Assembly: GCF_032062105.1 (NCBI RefSeq)
Contig: NW_026933001.1
Location: 372,001-436,000, forward strand
Length of the DNA stretch: 64,000 nt
Direction of reading: 5' to 3'
Origin: Saccostrea cucullata
Lineage: Eukaryota
In this document: positions 1-13,769 of the stretch, piece after piece
Position numbering within the stretch: position 1 is the first letter of the stretch
Layout of the letters: the number at the start of each line of letters is the position of its first letter
Position numbers and translations under genes: made by a program
The notes under the pieces: generated by a model
Databases searched by the model: none
What the model was told of the DNA's origin: nothing
What the model saw: the letters and a program-made list of their open reading frames with translations, nothing else

Positions 1-1039
1 AAAATTTTTACCTCTATTGCAAAAAAAGTTTGATTTCAAAAAGTCCTTAATCCTCTATTAATTACTCTCGTAGGTTACATCTGTACGAAGTGCGTTGGAC
101 CGAATTAACTTACAAACCAAAATGGCAGTATAGATAGGCAAAATTTTCGATGATCCCAATTTCAGGTCCAGGAGGGTTTTAAAAACAATTATAAGGAATG
201 TTTTCTTGTGGAAACAGTAAAAAAAATGTTAGCACACGGTTAGCAATATTTTGAGATGACAGATTTAAAAACATGGAGAAATAAATCTAGAAACAGCGCA
301 CTTTTTTGTGCGCAATAAATAGTTTTTTCAATCAGGCATTCAGAGAAATTGTCGTGATTTTCATACTTATTTGGTATTTTTTGTCTTCTATTTCCGTCAT
401 GTATTCTATAATACATAGTGTAAAAGGCTTTTGCTATCATTGCAAGACACCACAAATCACTTCTCATTTAATAACATGATAATAATCATTGGTATCTAAG
501 GCTGGATTCAAGAAAATCTTATTTTTCTAAAACTGTATTAATTGTTTTCTCCTTTTATAGGGCACAAATGTCAACTTTTTAAAGACCTTTTCTAAGACTT
601 CCAATGACTGAGTCGTATAAAGATGAATGAAATGAAAATTGTTGCATGAAAAATTTTCATTTTCAAGCTTCATTTTGATGCATTTCAAATTAAATATTAA
701 TTTTTGGAGTAATCCTTCCTGGCTGAGGATCGGATATCCTTTCACGGGTAATAACTTGCCTCGTTTCAAAAATTGTTCGTGCGTAGAGCATGCTCCTTGC
801 GTATCGAATCAGCCAAGAGGTACACATGTAAACCCCATATACAGGCGATAAGGGTTTATTGCCTCTTTAGAACGGAAAAATGGCGATTAAAAAATTTATC
901 ATAAACTTTGTTCTCATTACTTAAAAGTCCATTTAACAATACAACTTTTGGAGAGGAGGAAAAATGGGCCTCTATAACATCTAAAAAGAATTTGTTCAAA
1001 ATCTTAAACGTGAACAGACGAACAACTTGTGGCCTTCAA

Positions 1040-1640
1040 CTCTACATTTAGATAGGTCCCTATACATCGACGACGTATTGTCAATTAACAATGGTTATTT
1101 CCATTGTTTTGTCGATACAATATACCCTGGTGAGCTTGAAATAAAAGATACTCTAAATCTGTTTCAAAGTTTGATATTTTACAAGGAAAAGACGTTTATG
1201 GTAATCTAACAACCAAGCTTTATGAAAAAAGTGATCAATTTACCTATTCAATGTCAACTTTCCTTACATATTCAACAATATCACCTGCATACTGGAATTA
1301 TATCTCGCAGTTGATTTGATACGCAAGAGCATGCTCTTTGTATGAATACAGTAGTTTTTCTAAAACGAGGTAATTGACAAACAAGTTGATGAAATAAGAA
1401 TATCAGCGGTCTCATTCAAAGTCACCATTTCGTAAGTTCTATGGTTGATAAAATGACCTTGTCAGCAAATACAATCTATTATTAAGTCATATGTATACTT
1501 ATTGTTAGACCACTATTCACATAGTGAATTGTCGACGGATTTTCCCGTAATTTCCCGATCATGGCAAGGAGCACACAGCGGGAGTGAACGGTTTGTAGGG
1601 GATGTCAATCCTCCATGACACCTGATCCTTCCTCTAATGT
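1040..1640 (+). mobile_element. Decayed retroelement fragment (reverse transcriptase C-terminal part, Penelope-like)
   Basis: Frameshifted, stop-interrupted translation gives YIDDVLSINN...IYPGELEIKDT...LTTKLYEK...VNFP...GIISRS/ISQLI*YARACS...PFRKFYG. This is a YIDD RT motif followed by thumb-region motifs I recall from Penelope-like elements. Confidence 0.65.
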
Positions 1641-2103
1641 TTTAGAATTCAATGTTTGCTCTGCTTCAAAATTTGTATTAATTAATGGACTTTTTAAAAA
1701 AAAAGTTTCAATACTGTTCGTTATCACCATATATTTCATCCAAAAGAATTTGACGAGAAGTTAGACAAAAATAAATCCATTCTGGCATATTTTTACCCTC
1801 CTTGTCACTCCTCAGTATTTCTTTCAAAAATGATAAAAGTTGGTTTAATCAAACAATAACTCAAAAAGGGTATATCCACCCTAGCTTTTAGTTTTCCCCA
1901 AGAACTTCAAGTTCGTAATCGCTTATCAATACATTGATTTATTTTCTCAAAGATATTCATGTATTTTGCACAGAGTTTAATTGGACTGACTGGTTACCAC
2001 AATGTTTTCCGAAAACGTAACATACACTTTCATCTATATTGGGAGACAGTAGGACGATTTAAAACGGTACCTTCTTTTTTTAAACAACTACAATTCTAGT
2101 AGA

Positions 2104-3438
2104 TTAGGTTTGTTTTGGCTTCGGTGTTTTCGCGCCATTCTGAGGCACTGCGAGTCTGGGTACCCCCGGGCCTTCTCTGGTGGACTGGATATTATAGTTA
2201 TGGCGGACCTTCATCTCGTTCGCGTAGGTATCAGCATTTTCAGCTAAATAATTCTGGACTTTCTGAAACACTGGATGATTCTGTACTTCGTCCAAGTTTG
2301 TTGCCTTGACGAATTTGGGTGTCGGTCCAATAGGAAGTTCCAGTAACTTAGGAGTACTTGAGAGGGTAGATGCTACTATTGTATGGTCCTTAATAATGTC
2401 ACATATCTTAAGCACACTTGTAAATCCACATGGGGTAGCCGGGGGTCTCCCATGCATTAGGCTTAGTATGACATCCTTTGACAATCCAGCTTCCATCATA
2501 CTGTGTATAGAATAAACGTAGCCACACCTCTCTGCGTTAAGCCGTTTAGACGTTGTTTTCCGTGACTCAATAAGATAGAAAAACCCAGTGGATTCAAACG
2601 GAAGAAGAAATTCCGTTCCCTCGTTGTCAGAACACTTCAAACATCGCATCAGATTTTTAACTGTCTTCTTTTTATCAATATATCTGACAAAGTCTTCGTG
2701 TATATTCAGTACATTGTAAACTCCAGGGTTAATTGTCAGTTTTTCATATAATCCATCTGGATTACTTTTGCTGCCTTTCTGGATGTTCAAGAACCCGGAT
2801 ACAGGTTTACAACATAGAAATCGAACTGGCATGATTCGAGCAACATTGGCGACAGTTGTCAGTGGTTTATCCAGGTCGTCAATGAGACGAAACCAACCTG
2901 CCAAAAAGGACTCAACTTTAAAGTCTGTTCAGTGATTTGTCTTGGTGCAGAACACCTTAAAATATTATGTTTGCTTTATAGTTTTGCTTTAAATCATATT
3001 TGTTTTTTTTTACGTTAAAGAAATAAAGTTGTACAATAATGAAGATTTTTACATAAAAATACCCAAACAAATTCCGAAGAAAAAATACAGTACTGACGTT
3101 ATATATATAAACCGTTGTGAAATAAACCTACCAGGATACTTTTCTGGGATAACTACCACTGGACCATCTTCTCGGCAGACGGCGCCTGTCAATACGTCTA
3201 CGGAAGTGACGTTTTTGCCGTAAATCTTACGACCCTTCACTTCCTTGTACAAGAGCAGAGGTTTGTGGACATCTCTTGCTGAATTTTTTTCTGAAGACAA
3301 GACATTCTCTGTACTTAACCTGACCACAACCGGAAGTCTGTCCTCTTTTAAAATCTCGAGTAACTTTTTTGGCTGCTTTTCCCAAACAAATGTTGGATCA
3401 TCCTCTCCTTTCATTAGAGATCTTTCAGCCCCCGCCAT
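2104..3438 (-). CDS. CABIT-domain protein (THEMIS/GAREM-like), 2 coding exons, 366 aa
   Basis: Exons 3438-3132 and 2897-2104 with a phase-1 GT-AG intron join to 1101 nt in frame. Junction reads VVIPEKYP-G-WFRLI. Motifs LPVVVRL, PLLLY, LKC...EFLLPFESTGFFY and LLELP match the recalled CABIT pattern. Confidence 0.8.
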
Positions 3439-5208
3439 GTTTTTCGTATGTAGTTATGGTGTCTACGAAAGTTATACATTTAATTTCGTTGTTATTCAAA
3501 TATACTTGCTTCTCATGGATATGAATAAATATTTAAAAGTAAAGCTCGTTGAATTTTAATGAATGCTGTTCAATGTAGTAAATAATCAAACTATAGAAAA
3601 CCTTTTTATTTCTTTGATGCACTGTTGATTTTTGTCAATTCAGAGATTTGTTTGTGGAGTATATACCTGTATACGATTACCTTGCTGTCTCGGAAATATC
3701 GTCATTGGAGCATTTTGGACCACTTCACTGGAATCACTCAAATAAATGAATCATATATAAGTGCATATCGACAGTGTTTATCTCTGATATCATTATTACT
3801 GATATGAGGCCTATTCGTTTATATATACAAGTATTAAACATGTTTAAAAAAGGAAAAATTAGGCAACATTTATTTCTTTTCTGATGATAAAAGGTGCATA
3901 CATGCAAGCAGATTAAATTTGGGCAAATCCTTGATTTTAAGATGCCTTCTACATGAATAATCTCTTCTTTTTTGAATGACAATGATTGACTCGAATGATC
4001 ATTTTACGCGTTGTGTGAAAACATTTCAATGAACTTAAATTTTGATGCCTTTTGAAAAACTCATGACACCTTGCGTGAGAAGTAAATTATAAAAGAGGGC
4101 GGCAATAGGAAATGGACTTACTGTTTCAGTGTTTAATTTAGACATCCGAGAAACATTCCTTTCATTCAGCACATTCCACAAGCTGCAGAAAGTTCATTAT
4201 AAAAGGGAATCTCTGAAATAAAATACACAAAGCAGAATTGTATGTTTAATCCAATAGATCATTCTCTCCTTCAAGCGCTTTTTTGGAAACACAGACTTAT
4301 ACCTATAGGTTTTCGTAATCAGTTGCAATTTTTTTTTTCTTTCCGTTTCACCGTTTTATTTCCTAACCTATGGTCAAGGTGAGTTTAAAGGTTTTGTAGA
4401 AGGGACTTAATACCCTATCTTTTGTGAATATATAATGTTTTGTGTCACTTCATAAAAGAAGGAAAGCTATTCAATACAAAGATACGTCACTCAATTAAAT
4501 ATCTTGGACACCCAATATCGAGTTATGCCGCATGCCGATTTTCTTTGTCATTGTATTCATTCTAGCATTTCCAAAGCAATTTTTTAATAGTCTTTTTATG
4601 AAGAATATTTCTCTTTTTTATTTTCCTTTCTTTTGATATTATCTTTTCAACAAAAGTAATGTGCTTGAGTACCCTTTCAAAAATTGATAGTATATTTAAG
4701 AATTGAAATAAGAACGTTTTATAATTTGTCCATTTACCCCCGCTTGAAAAGCGAGAGTATACTAACTTAGTAACTAAGTATAGTGATAGGTGTCTGAGGT
4801 ATACACGTCTCTTATCTGCAACTTCTCCTGTACAACTGAATAAAAATATAATAATATATTTAACAGAATCTTTGTTATATAGTCGCATTGCTCAGCTCTT
4901 TTTTTTTTCGTTTCGATGGGACAGATAATCGTTTTTTGTTTTTTTTTATTTAGCAAATTATGGACACTGTCATTCTTTCTGTAACATTGGGGGTAACCAT
5001 CTCTTAACCACAACTCCTCCTATACCACTCAGTAGAATTTAATGAGTTATTCACATAATCTTAATTGTTAAAAATCACAATATTATTTATATACAACAAA
5101 CTTTAAATCTTTGAAAGTAATTGATCAAAATATTTCATTAATATTGCAATCTATGGATACTGAAATTAAAGAAAAAAGATGAAGAAAACTTTATCAATCA
5201 CGTCTATT

Positions 5209-5560
5209 TATACAATATTCATCAACATATATTCATACAAAACTCATTAACATCTATCCATACAAAACTCATCCATACAAAACTCATCAACATCTATCCT
5301 TACAAAACTCATCAACATCTATCCATACAAAATTCATCAACATCTATCCATGCAAAACTCATCAACATCTATTCTTACAAAACTCATCAACATCTATCCA
5401 TACATACAAAACTCATCAACATCTATCCATACAAAACTCTTCAGCATCTATCCATATAAAACTCATCAACATCTATCTATACAAAACTCATCAACATCTA
5501 TCCATACAAAACTCTTCAGCATCTATCCATACAAAACTCTTCAGCATCTATCTATACAAA
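5209..5560. repeat. 25-bp minisatellite (CATACAAAACTCATCAACATCTATC), about 13 copies, with degenerate copies continuing to ~6010
   Basis: Tandem repetition is directly visible. ORF 5350-5742 is a by-product of it. Confidence 0.9.
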
Positions 5561-7819
5561 GCTCCGCATACATCCACATAATATACATCAACTTTAATCC
5601 ATATAACACACATCGTCATCTTTCCATACTCATCTATATCTATTTATTCAATACTCATAAACATATCGTAAATCCAAGAATTACTCATCTGCATTTAGGC
5701 ATACAATACTCGATACATATCAACACTTATATATCCACATAATATACATCAACTTATCCCTACACCACATCAACATCTATCCGTTCATTACTTATATAAA
5801 TCCATCCATACTCTTCAACATCTCTTTATACTATATACATCAACATAAATATATCCATATCATATACATCAACTTTAATTCATTAAACACACGTCAGTAT
5901 CTTTCTATACAATATCCACTCAAAAGACATTAATTTTTATCATTATACTTCTACATTTATTCATGCAAAGCACATCAACTCTTACTGTATCCATACAATA
6001 TAGATCAACATCTAAAGATACAATAAACATACTTTATCTTCAGAATAGAAATATTTACATTTAAGTGATTTCACAATTCTTTTTCAAGAATGAAAGAGAA
6101 ATCATCACGAAAGACGAATAAAATCCGCAAGAAACAAAAAATATAAGCAATTTCAAATTCGAGATCCTTTTAAATTTGGCAAAGGTGCGGTGTTTTTTTT
6201 TACGTTATAATAGTTATATACAACGAGCATATTACTTAGGTTGATTTTCATTGCAATAGATACATTTTAATTTAGCCAAATGTGAGCGTTTTTAAATGGT
6301 CGACAAGAGGTGGGTAAAAAATAAAATGTTAAATTATCTTTGCAATTTATGAGGTGGGGTTATGGTTCTAAAAAATTATTTGCAATTATTTGTTGGCATG
6401 AATTTTCTCAACATTTCAGTGGCATCCTAAAGCCATGACACCACCCTTTATCCATTGACTTTTACAGAAATTTGAGAGCAGCAAGCACTTATTTAGGGGC
6501 GTGCGGATATTTTTTTTTTCTCTTCAGATCTAAAACAATAGAGATAAATAAAGTGAAGTAGGTTTGTCAGAATCGGATAGCCATGTTGTCTACCATTGTG
6601 TCCTTGACTAAGAGTACTTTGGAATTTGTCATTGTGCAAGTTAATGACGCATACTGTTATGTGAGAAATAATTATAAACAATATAAACCCCATTAGTCAT
6701 TTCTTTATCTACTTTACGACTTTCATGTTCAAGTGTGTTATGTTTGTTCAGCTCTTCATGGCCGTAACTTTACACATAATCTACACTTTGTAATAGCTTT
6801 ATTATAATAATAATGATACATTTATCCATATGGTCAATAATGACCGTTATTTACAACTAGAGACACGAGTACCCGAACTAAACGGCAAAGTAAAATTGTC
6901 TGAATCCTTGTTTTAAGCAATAAGTAATTTTATTAAATTTAGAAGCATATTATGTATTTACATATAATATATAAAGATGTCTTTGACGAAGCCCCGCTTC
7001 AAAGCCCGTCAAGCTTTACGCTTAGATGTTCCACATAGCAGTTTTCCTTATAATACGTAGTCTGTGCATGCACAAACAATAAAATATTGAAAGGGAAAAG
7101 AGTTAAAATGACCACTTCATCACTTTCAATCTTCTTGCAAGCTTTTACTGTAATTAGAGGAAATAATGAAGTAGAATTCCTACTCGTGTATAATGACTGG
7201 TACATTTGTGATGAATTTGGTTTGTTTATTTATTTATATATACCGTCACATGCATGTACTAAATTACTAAACATACATATATGTGTGCATCACGCACTTG
7301 TGACGGCAAACTAAATAGGGAAATATTTTGTTTAAAAAATGAAATTTATTACTTTGTGAAGTTATGGTATATGGGGTTTGGTTAGATACTCAGAACTAGT
7401 CTGTGTGTATGTGTATGTTATATTGTGACACGGCAGTGACACAGTACAGCATTATGAACTCCGTGGCCTCGAGAAGAGGACGGAGGAACTAGCGGGGACT
7501 GAAGCATGAATAATCTTTATTGTATTGGATATCACAAGGAATTTGGATATCCGTAATAAATAGCGAAGATAAAGTGATAACGGATTATTACATAGAAATT
7601 GCTCAGCTAATGCAGATGGTGTTCTAAAAGAGGAAGTTCGCTGGCAATAGGAAAGGAGGAAATACATTGCAAGCAGATTCGCAGGGATTTGATTCAATGT
7701 TATATCAAAATATAAAGGACAAGTTTCCTGAGCGACGGAGTCGGGGAAATATTTAGTAAGATAACAACAATCTGTTTAGAAGAGAAAATATTCACTTGTA
7801 AGGATTTTTAATTTAAAAA

Positions 7820-10800
7820 ATGGAAATTAATACCTTCGAGGACTTAAATTTCGAGTCTGGAACTTACTCTCTGCCGGATATAAAGCAAACTTTTCCTTTG
7901 CCTGTGGTGGTTGTCTGTGATGCCTCTAAAAGCCCTGTTCCTGTGGATAGAACCCGATTTAACTTTGATCTGAGACAGCCCTTACTGTTATACAGAAGTA
8001 GAAACATTAAGAAAATCAGCGCTAGGAGTGTTCACATTGACCCCTCCTCACGAGCATTTCACGATGTAGGCGAGCAGCTTCTTATACCCGAGGATTACAA
8101 AGGTAATACAAACGATAAAGTACGATGTGCTTTTCTGAAATATCTGTTTTAAAAACATATTTTCAAACCACTGCTCTCTAACAAAGATATAGATAATGTT
8201 TTTATTAATTATGTACCGATAATTTGTAGGAACAAAACTTTTGGATGTTTCTATTAAAATTCTTGCCCCTGGGTGCAAAGGAGATAGTAAAAACGACTAG
8301 CATAAATGGAATTGAAACACTTGCAATCGATAAGATCGGTAGTTATATACCGCAAACCACTCGGAAACTGTTCGGCTAATTGGTTGGTATGGAAAGTAAA
8401 ATTTCAGAAACTAAGAGTTATCGATATGTATCAATATGCACGGTGACCTAGATTGCTTTAAATATACTGCAGTATATTAATGAAATTTTAAAATTGTAAA
8501 GTGACAATATTCGTGTTTTTTTATTTCTTGTTTGCACAATTTTGATGTGCTTCCTTAATCGGCGTTATATGTGCAATCTGTGTCTCATTTAAACAGACTT
8601 AAATTGTCACGTTACTGTGCTGCAGTGTTCATGTAATGAACATTGCTTTAATAAGAGGTCCTCTAAAACCAAAGAGAAATAACACAGAGTTTTATCACAT
8701 TAGTTCTACATTCTTAATCAATAAAAAGTAGAAAATATTTGAATTGGAAAAAAATTAATTATGGTTAAGTTTTAGAGTAATTGGCTTGAAAATTATATCA
8801 TAGAATATTCTTAGTAACGTAACATGAAATTTTATATTCTACCGTATTGATACTGAGAACAGCTTCATTAATTTCTCTTCACGTATGGTATGTTTAATAC
8901 AAAAACGTTATTTTTTGATATCTTATCTATAATCATTTTTACAGGGTACTTTTCTTTGTTGAAGAAGAACTACAATAACGGTCCCGTGGACGACTTTGTT
9001 CCTCACTATCAAGAAGTATCAGAAGTAGCGGGAACTAACACGGAGTCATTCCTCATCGGAGGGGAACGTCGCGTGCAGGCCTTGCAAATCGTTCGACGGG
9101 AAAATGGAAGCATTATCCACCAACAACGCACTCTATTTCCAGGCGATGTTTTGCGAAAAGGAAAGATTTATATTGGTGAGAAAAGGCGGAAAAGTAAGAT
9201 CTTCCGAAAAACAAAAGTCGTGGCGGAAAAGTATTTATTGTGTACAGATGACGCGGATCGAGAAATTCTTCTTCCATTTGACCAGAAAGGACTATTTTAC
9301 ACTTTAACGACAACATCTGGGGATGCCAATCGACCAGTGATGCAGATGAGTGAAATCGTTGACAAGAAATGTTTCCCGTGTATTGTCCGTCTTGTTTATG
9401 GCCGTATCCCTAACACACCTTGTTCCTTCACCGGAACACTTCGTCTGGAGCGAGCAGATCTGGAGCAATCAGTTGTGGCTGCAACGTTAGCCAACACCCG
9501 AAATATTCTCCTGGAAATCCCCACCTCATGTGACCTACAATTCAATGTTGCTATGTCTAACGATGATCTAATTCGCATGCCGTCGTATCACCAAGCTCTG
9601 GAATTGTGCAACGAGAAAGGGTCGATTTATATGAGAAATATCAAAGTCTGTTATACAATATCCAGTGACTCTCACAATGAACCCCCGCTTGATTTGCCCC
9701 TGCTCGATAATAATGCTGTCGAGCTTGAACCAGTAACACACCGTAGAAAGCTCTCTATGCAACTTTCTACTGGAACCAACGCTTCGGAAGATTTAAGCCA
9801 TGGTTCCGAAAATAGATCATCCGGCTATGTTGAGATGCGATCCGTCAAAAGTGGTTCAATTACAGGGGACAGCTTTGATGAAGATCTCAGAAGTAGTTTC
9901 TCTCTATTTTCAAAAGAGATCAATGACAATGATGAACATCCTATCCCTTGCGTCTGTACCAATCAATTCTCGAATCCATCCTACATAGAAGGTACAAATG
10001 AGCCACATCCAGAACAACCAGTTCTTCAAATTTTCTTGGGGAACAAATGTTTATCTGTTGAGATGAAAGCTGACGATAGTTCAACCGAGTCACTTGAGGA
10101 GCCTCCTGAAAGAATTCAAAAATCAAATCAAGAACAAGCACCCAAACCTTGCCTTGGTTCGGGTGGTTCTTATGACAGCGGTATACAAATGGAACCAGAC
10201 AAACAAGGTGGAAGGCGTCCCTCTACTCAAGTTTTCTCTGAAGCAGTACATCATTATGAGGATAACATTACATATGATGTACCCCGCTTGCCTTCTAGAC
10301 GGGTCAGTGCTCCACCTGGATGCAGCACACTACCTTCTTCAGAAAGAAGTTCAGATAATGCAAAGGAGGCATTTAATCGCCGCCCCTCGACGTGGATGAA
10401 CTCAAATCCTCGGCGCCCACCTCCCCCATTACCAACTACGGAAGAAATAATCAATGACCAGACGTCACCAATAGTCGCAATAGAGGAATATGAATCTGAG
10501 GAAGAGACAGCAGATCCCGTTTATCAGAATATTGCAGGTTCTCAGACAAGCATGGATAACTTATTCAGGCACCGGGAGGGAAGCCCGCGACTGACGCCTG
10601 CTAGTTCTCGATGTTCTTCGACAAGAGATTCGGGACATCTCTCTGATGACTGCATTCCTGGGCGATCAAGCCATAACTTTGACCGGGGTCGACTATCGCC
10701 GAGCATTTTTCAGTCATCTCCGATCGGTGACATTCCTGATCTTCCCCGAAGTCGGAGTAATTCTATAAGTCCAGGTGCAGACGATAGTCCGAATTCGACT

Positions 10801-11487
10801 TTGCCGATCCCTTCCCTCCCTATTTCAAAAGAGTCATCCAAAAAATGCAAATGTGACAGCCATGCTCTTTCAAATAGCAATTCAAAGCCAACCCTTGAGG
10901 GGGAAATGTTGTATGATTCCAAGGAAGAAAACAATAATCTAAAGACGTCGCTAGACACAGACCCAGATAGATCAGGGGATACGCAGATACACATTGAAAA
11001 CTTGACCGAAATATTGACATTGACAGAGACTAAGGACCCTGATGTGTTTTCTGAGACATCTTCCAATGACAATTTTACCTCTAAAAATAGAAATTTAGAA
11101 CAGTATTCATATACAAGTGAATCTAACACCAAAGAGAGACAATGTTCTGTTTCGTCTTTGCAAAGCCTCGATATTTCAGACGAAAACTGTGAAGATTCTG
11201 AGGAGAGTACTTCTGCACCGCGCCGACCACCCAAAATCAGCATAAACAAAAAGAAGTCTAGACAGTCAAAAGATATTTCTAAAATGACAGTAGAGGAACT
11301 AGTGGTAGAATTCCGACATGTTGGAATAAAGCCACCGACTATAGACCTGGTTATGAGGGAGAGATTAGATGGACTCACTTTGTTAGAAAAGTATCGGGCG
11401 CATGAATCCGTCCGGGACTTTATGCCGAGTGTAGGGCTAATTGATCTACAGAAAATCTCGTTATTTATTCAAGGGTGTAAATACTGA
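7820..11487 (+). CDS. CABIT-domain adaptor protein (GAREM-like) with Ser/Pro-rich linker and C-terminal SAM-like domain, 2 coding exons, 941 aa
   Basis: Exons 7820-8102 and 8945-11487 with a phase-1 GT-AG intron give 2826 nt. Junction reads LIPEDYK-G-YFSLL. CABIT motifs LPVVV, PLLLY, LLC...EILLPFDQKGLFY, FPCIVRL. Linker has YVEM, YDVP, YQNI and PRRPPPPLP. C-terminus ISKMTVEELV...ERLDGLTLL...LQKISLFIQG is SAM-like. Confidence 0.82.
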
Positions 11488-13769
11488 AAAAAAATCTTAA
11501 AGACAATTTATACACAAACTTAATGTTATGCTTAAAAATTATGTAGAATAAATAATAAAATATATATGTAAATAGAAATGAATAGTTAAAAACTTCCTTC
11601 ATTTGCACAATTCATATGGCCTTGAGCTCTTGATGATATTGCTCACACATTTAACTGTTTAAAGCATGTACAGCCCAGCACCACTGTTTATAAATAGAAC
11701 CAAGATAAATGTATTTTTAGTGATATCTCTGTGCAATTTAACTTTTAATAAGTTATATCTCTGCTATTTTTTGCAATTTTCTTTTTGTATAAAATAATAA
11801 ATATAAATATTCCCTCACGTTTAATCTTGAATTTTTTTTTTTTTGGTTTTACCAGATCATGAAGAGACACAAGTTAAGTCTGCCTCAATTAAAAAAAAAA
11901 CTCTTGGGAAATACCGCCAGTTGCTGTTTAGTTGACAATACTCCAGAGCCAGCTGGTAAACAGGAGAACATTTAATTTGTATCTGACATCATTTCTATTA
12001 ACATTCTTTTTCCATCACAAATGATCCTCAGGTGAGAGTGCTGATTAACAACAAGCCTGCTACATATTTAAATAAATTAATAAAACATTTATTTCAAAGC
12101 TCAAAAAAACTTAATTACAAGGAATCGTACAAAAATGCTAATCTGCTTCAAAAAAAGTAAATACACTCTACATGAACAAAAGGAAATGGAAAATAAAACA
12201 CATCACAACCTAAACATTTCCTAGAAACTTGTAATTCTGGAAATTCTTACTTACATTACTTAAAGATTACCATCAGGTTCCATGAAAGCATGAATACCAG
12301 ACGTTATAAAATTATCAGACATTTATATTCCCATAGCAGTGAGGATAGAATTTGGTGATTTGTAAGGTTTACCCCCTCCCTTCCCCATAGTTTTGAGTTC
12401 ATAAAAAGATGAATTGAATTCTGAAGAGTATGATAATCCCTCCCCATCAAAAACAAAAACTTCTGCCTTTGCACAATATCAGAAAACGTGAAATAGATAG
12501 CAGATTACATTTAATAAGAAATGAAAACAAGTGGGATTCCTATTATAAACTTCTGACTGTACACATCCAAAGATGCAGACACTGTTATAAAGGCTGCATG
12601 GTAAAATACATGCACATGTATTCACCAGGTATTTAACATATGATATAAAAATATTAAACGTATCAAATTCCACTTGGCTTTCTGCATCTTCAATAAATGG
12701 TTTTCATAAAAAAGCAAAGAAGTGCAAATTCTTTCTTTTTTAAAGTCTTTGATATTTGCGACCCTCTTTAAACACAAGACTTCAGAATTCCATTTCATAC
12801 CAGATCTTTCTAAACAAGTGTTCAAAATCATGTTTTCCTCCCAGAGAAAAACACATAGCATTGTGAAACACTTATCTCTTTAAAAAAGTTTTTTACTTCA
12901 AAAATAGGATTTAAATCATGTGACTTTGAAAGTACACACAAATGAACATAATGTAAAACAAATATAAATATTCCACATAATAAATTGTATATTATTGTAT
13001 GGTAAAAGTATACTTGGGGAAAAAAAATCACAATACAAATTCATAACATATCTACAAACACATGTAAAAAATTGTGGGGGTAAAGTAATAGCCATGTATA
13101 TGAAAATCCATTTTGATTAAAGCATCTGGAGTTCAACTCCATATTAAGTACTTCTAATACATTTCAAATTTTCCAAAATGCAGACAATGAGTTGTGTGCG
13201 TAAATGTTCCTCTTTTAAAGAGGAAATAATGCCAAGAAACAAAATTCCATTGTTCAATTCTAGTCACCTCATTAAAATCAAGGAAGTTTTAGTAATCAAA
13301 AATATGAGAGGAGGTCTAAAGATAATAAAAATGTACATAATTAGATAGTTTGTTTTATAAATACATGTATAAATAACGATAGCATAGTAAGTAATATGAT
13401 ATACCAATTATAAAATGTCACAACTACTTGTAAATAGAATCATATAATGCAAGTCAGATCTATAAAATAAATCAAGAACACATTTCTATCACAAAAATAA
13501 ATATATATTGCTGTTTTTTTTTTATTTGTCAGACATGGATCCATTTCAAGGAAGATCATCACAACAGAACTAAAAAGACTGCAACTTTTTAGGGCAAATT
13601 CAGCATATCAAAAAAGTTTAGAGATTCTAAATCCATTTTGTTCCTTTTCTTACACACAAATTAGATTCCATACTGTTCTTTCTGTAAATGCAAAGCTACA
13701 AACAAGACAAAAGTCCTTCTTCAAATGTTTTCCATATCATATTCCAACAATGGTAAGCTACAAATTACC

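Noticed and set aside
5350-5742. 130-aa ORF
   Set aside because: Translation of the 25-bp minisatellite; no gene features.
8890-8944. Hydrophobic N-terminus (signal-peptide-like) of the 865-aa ORF
   Set aside because: This is the intron's T-rich acceptor region; the real exon starts at 8945 and joins exon 7820-8102.
10710-11378. 222-aa antisense ORF (also 37464-37790 and 38418-38900)
   Set aside because: Shadow frames of long real exons on the opposite strand, with no independent motifs.
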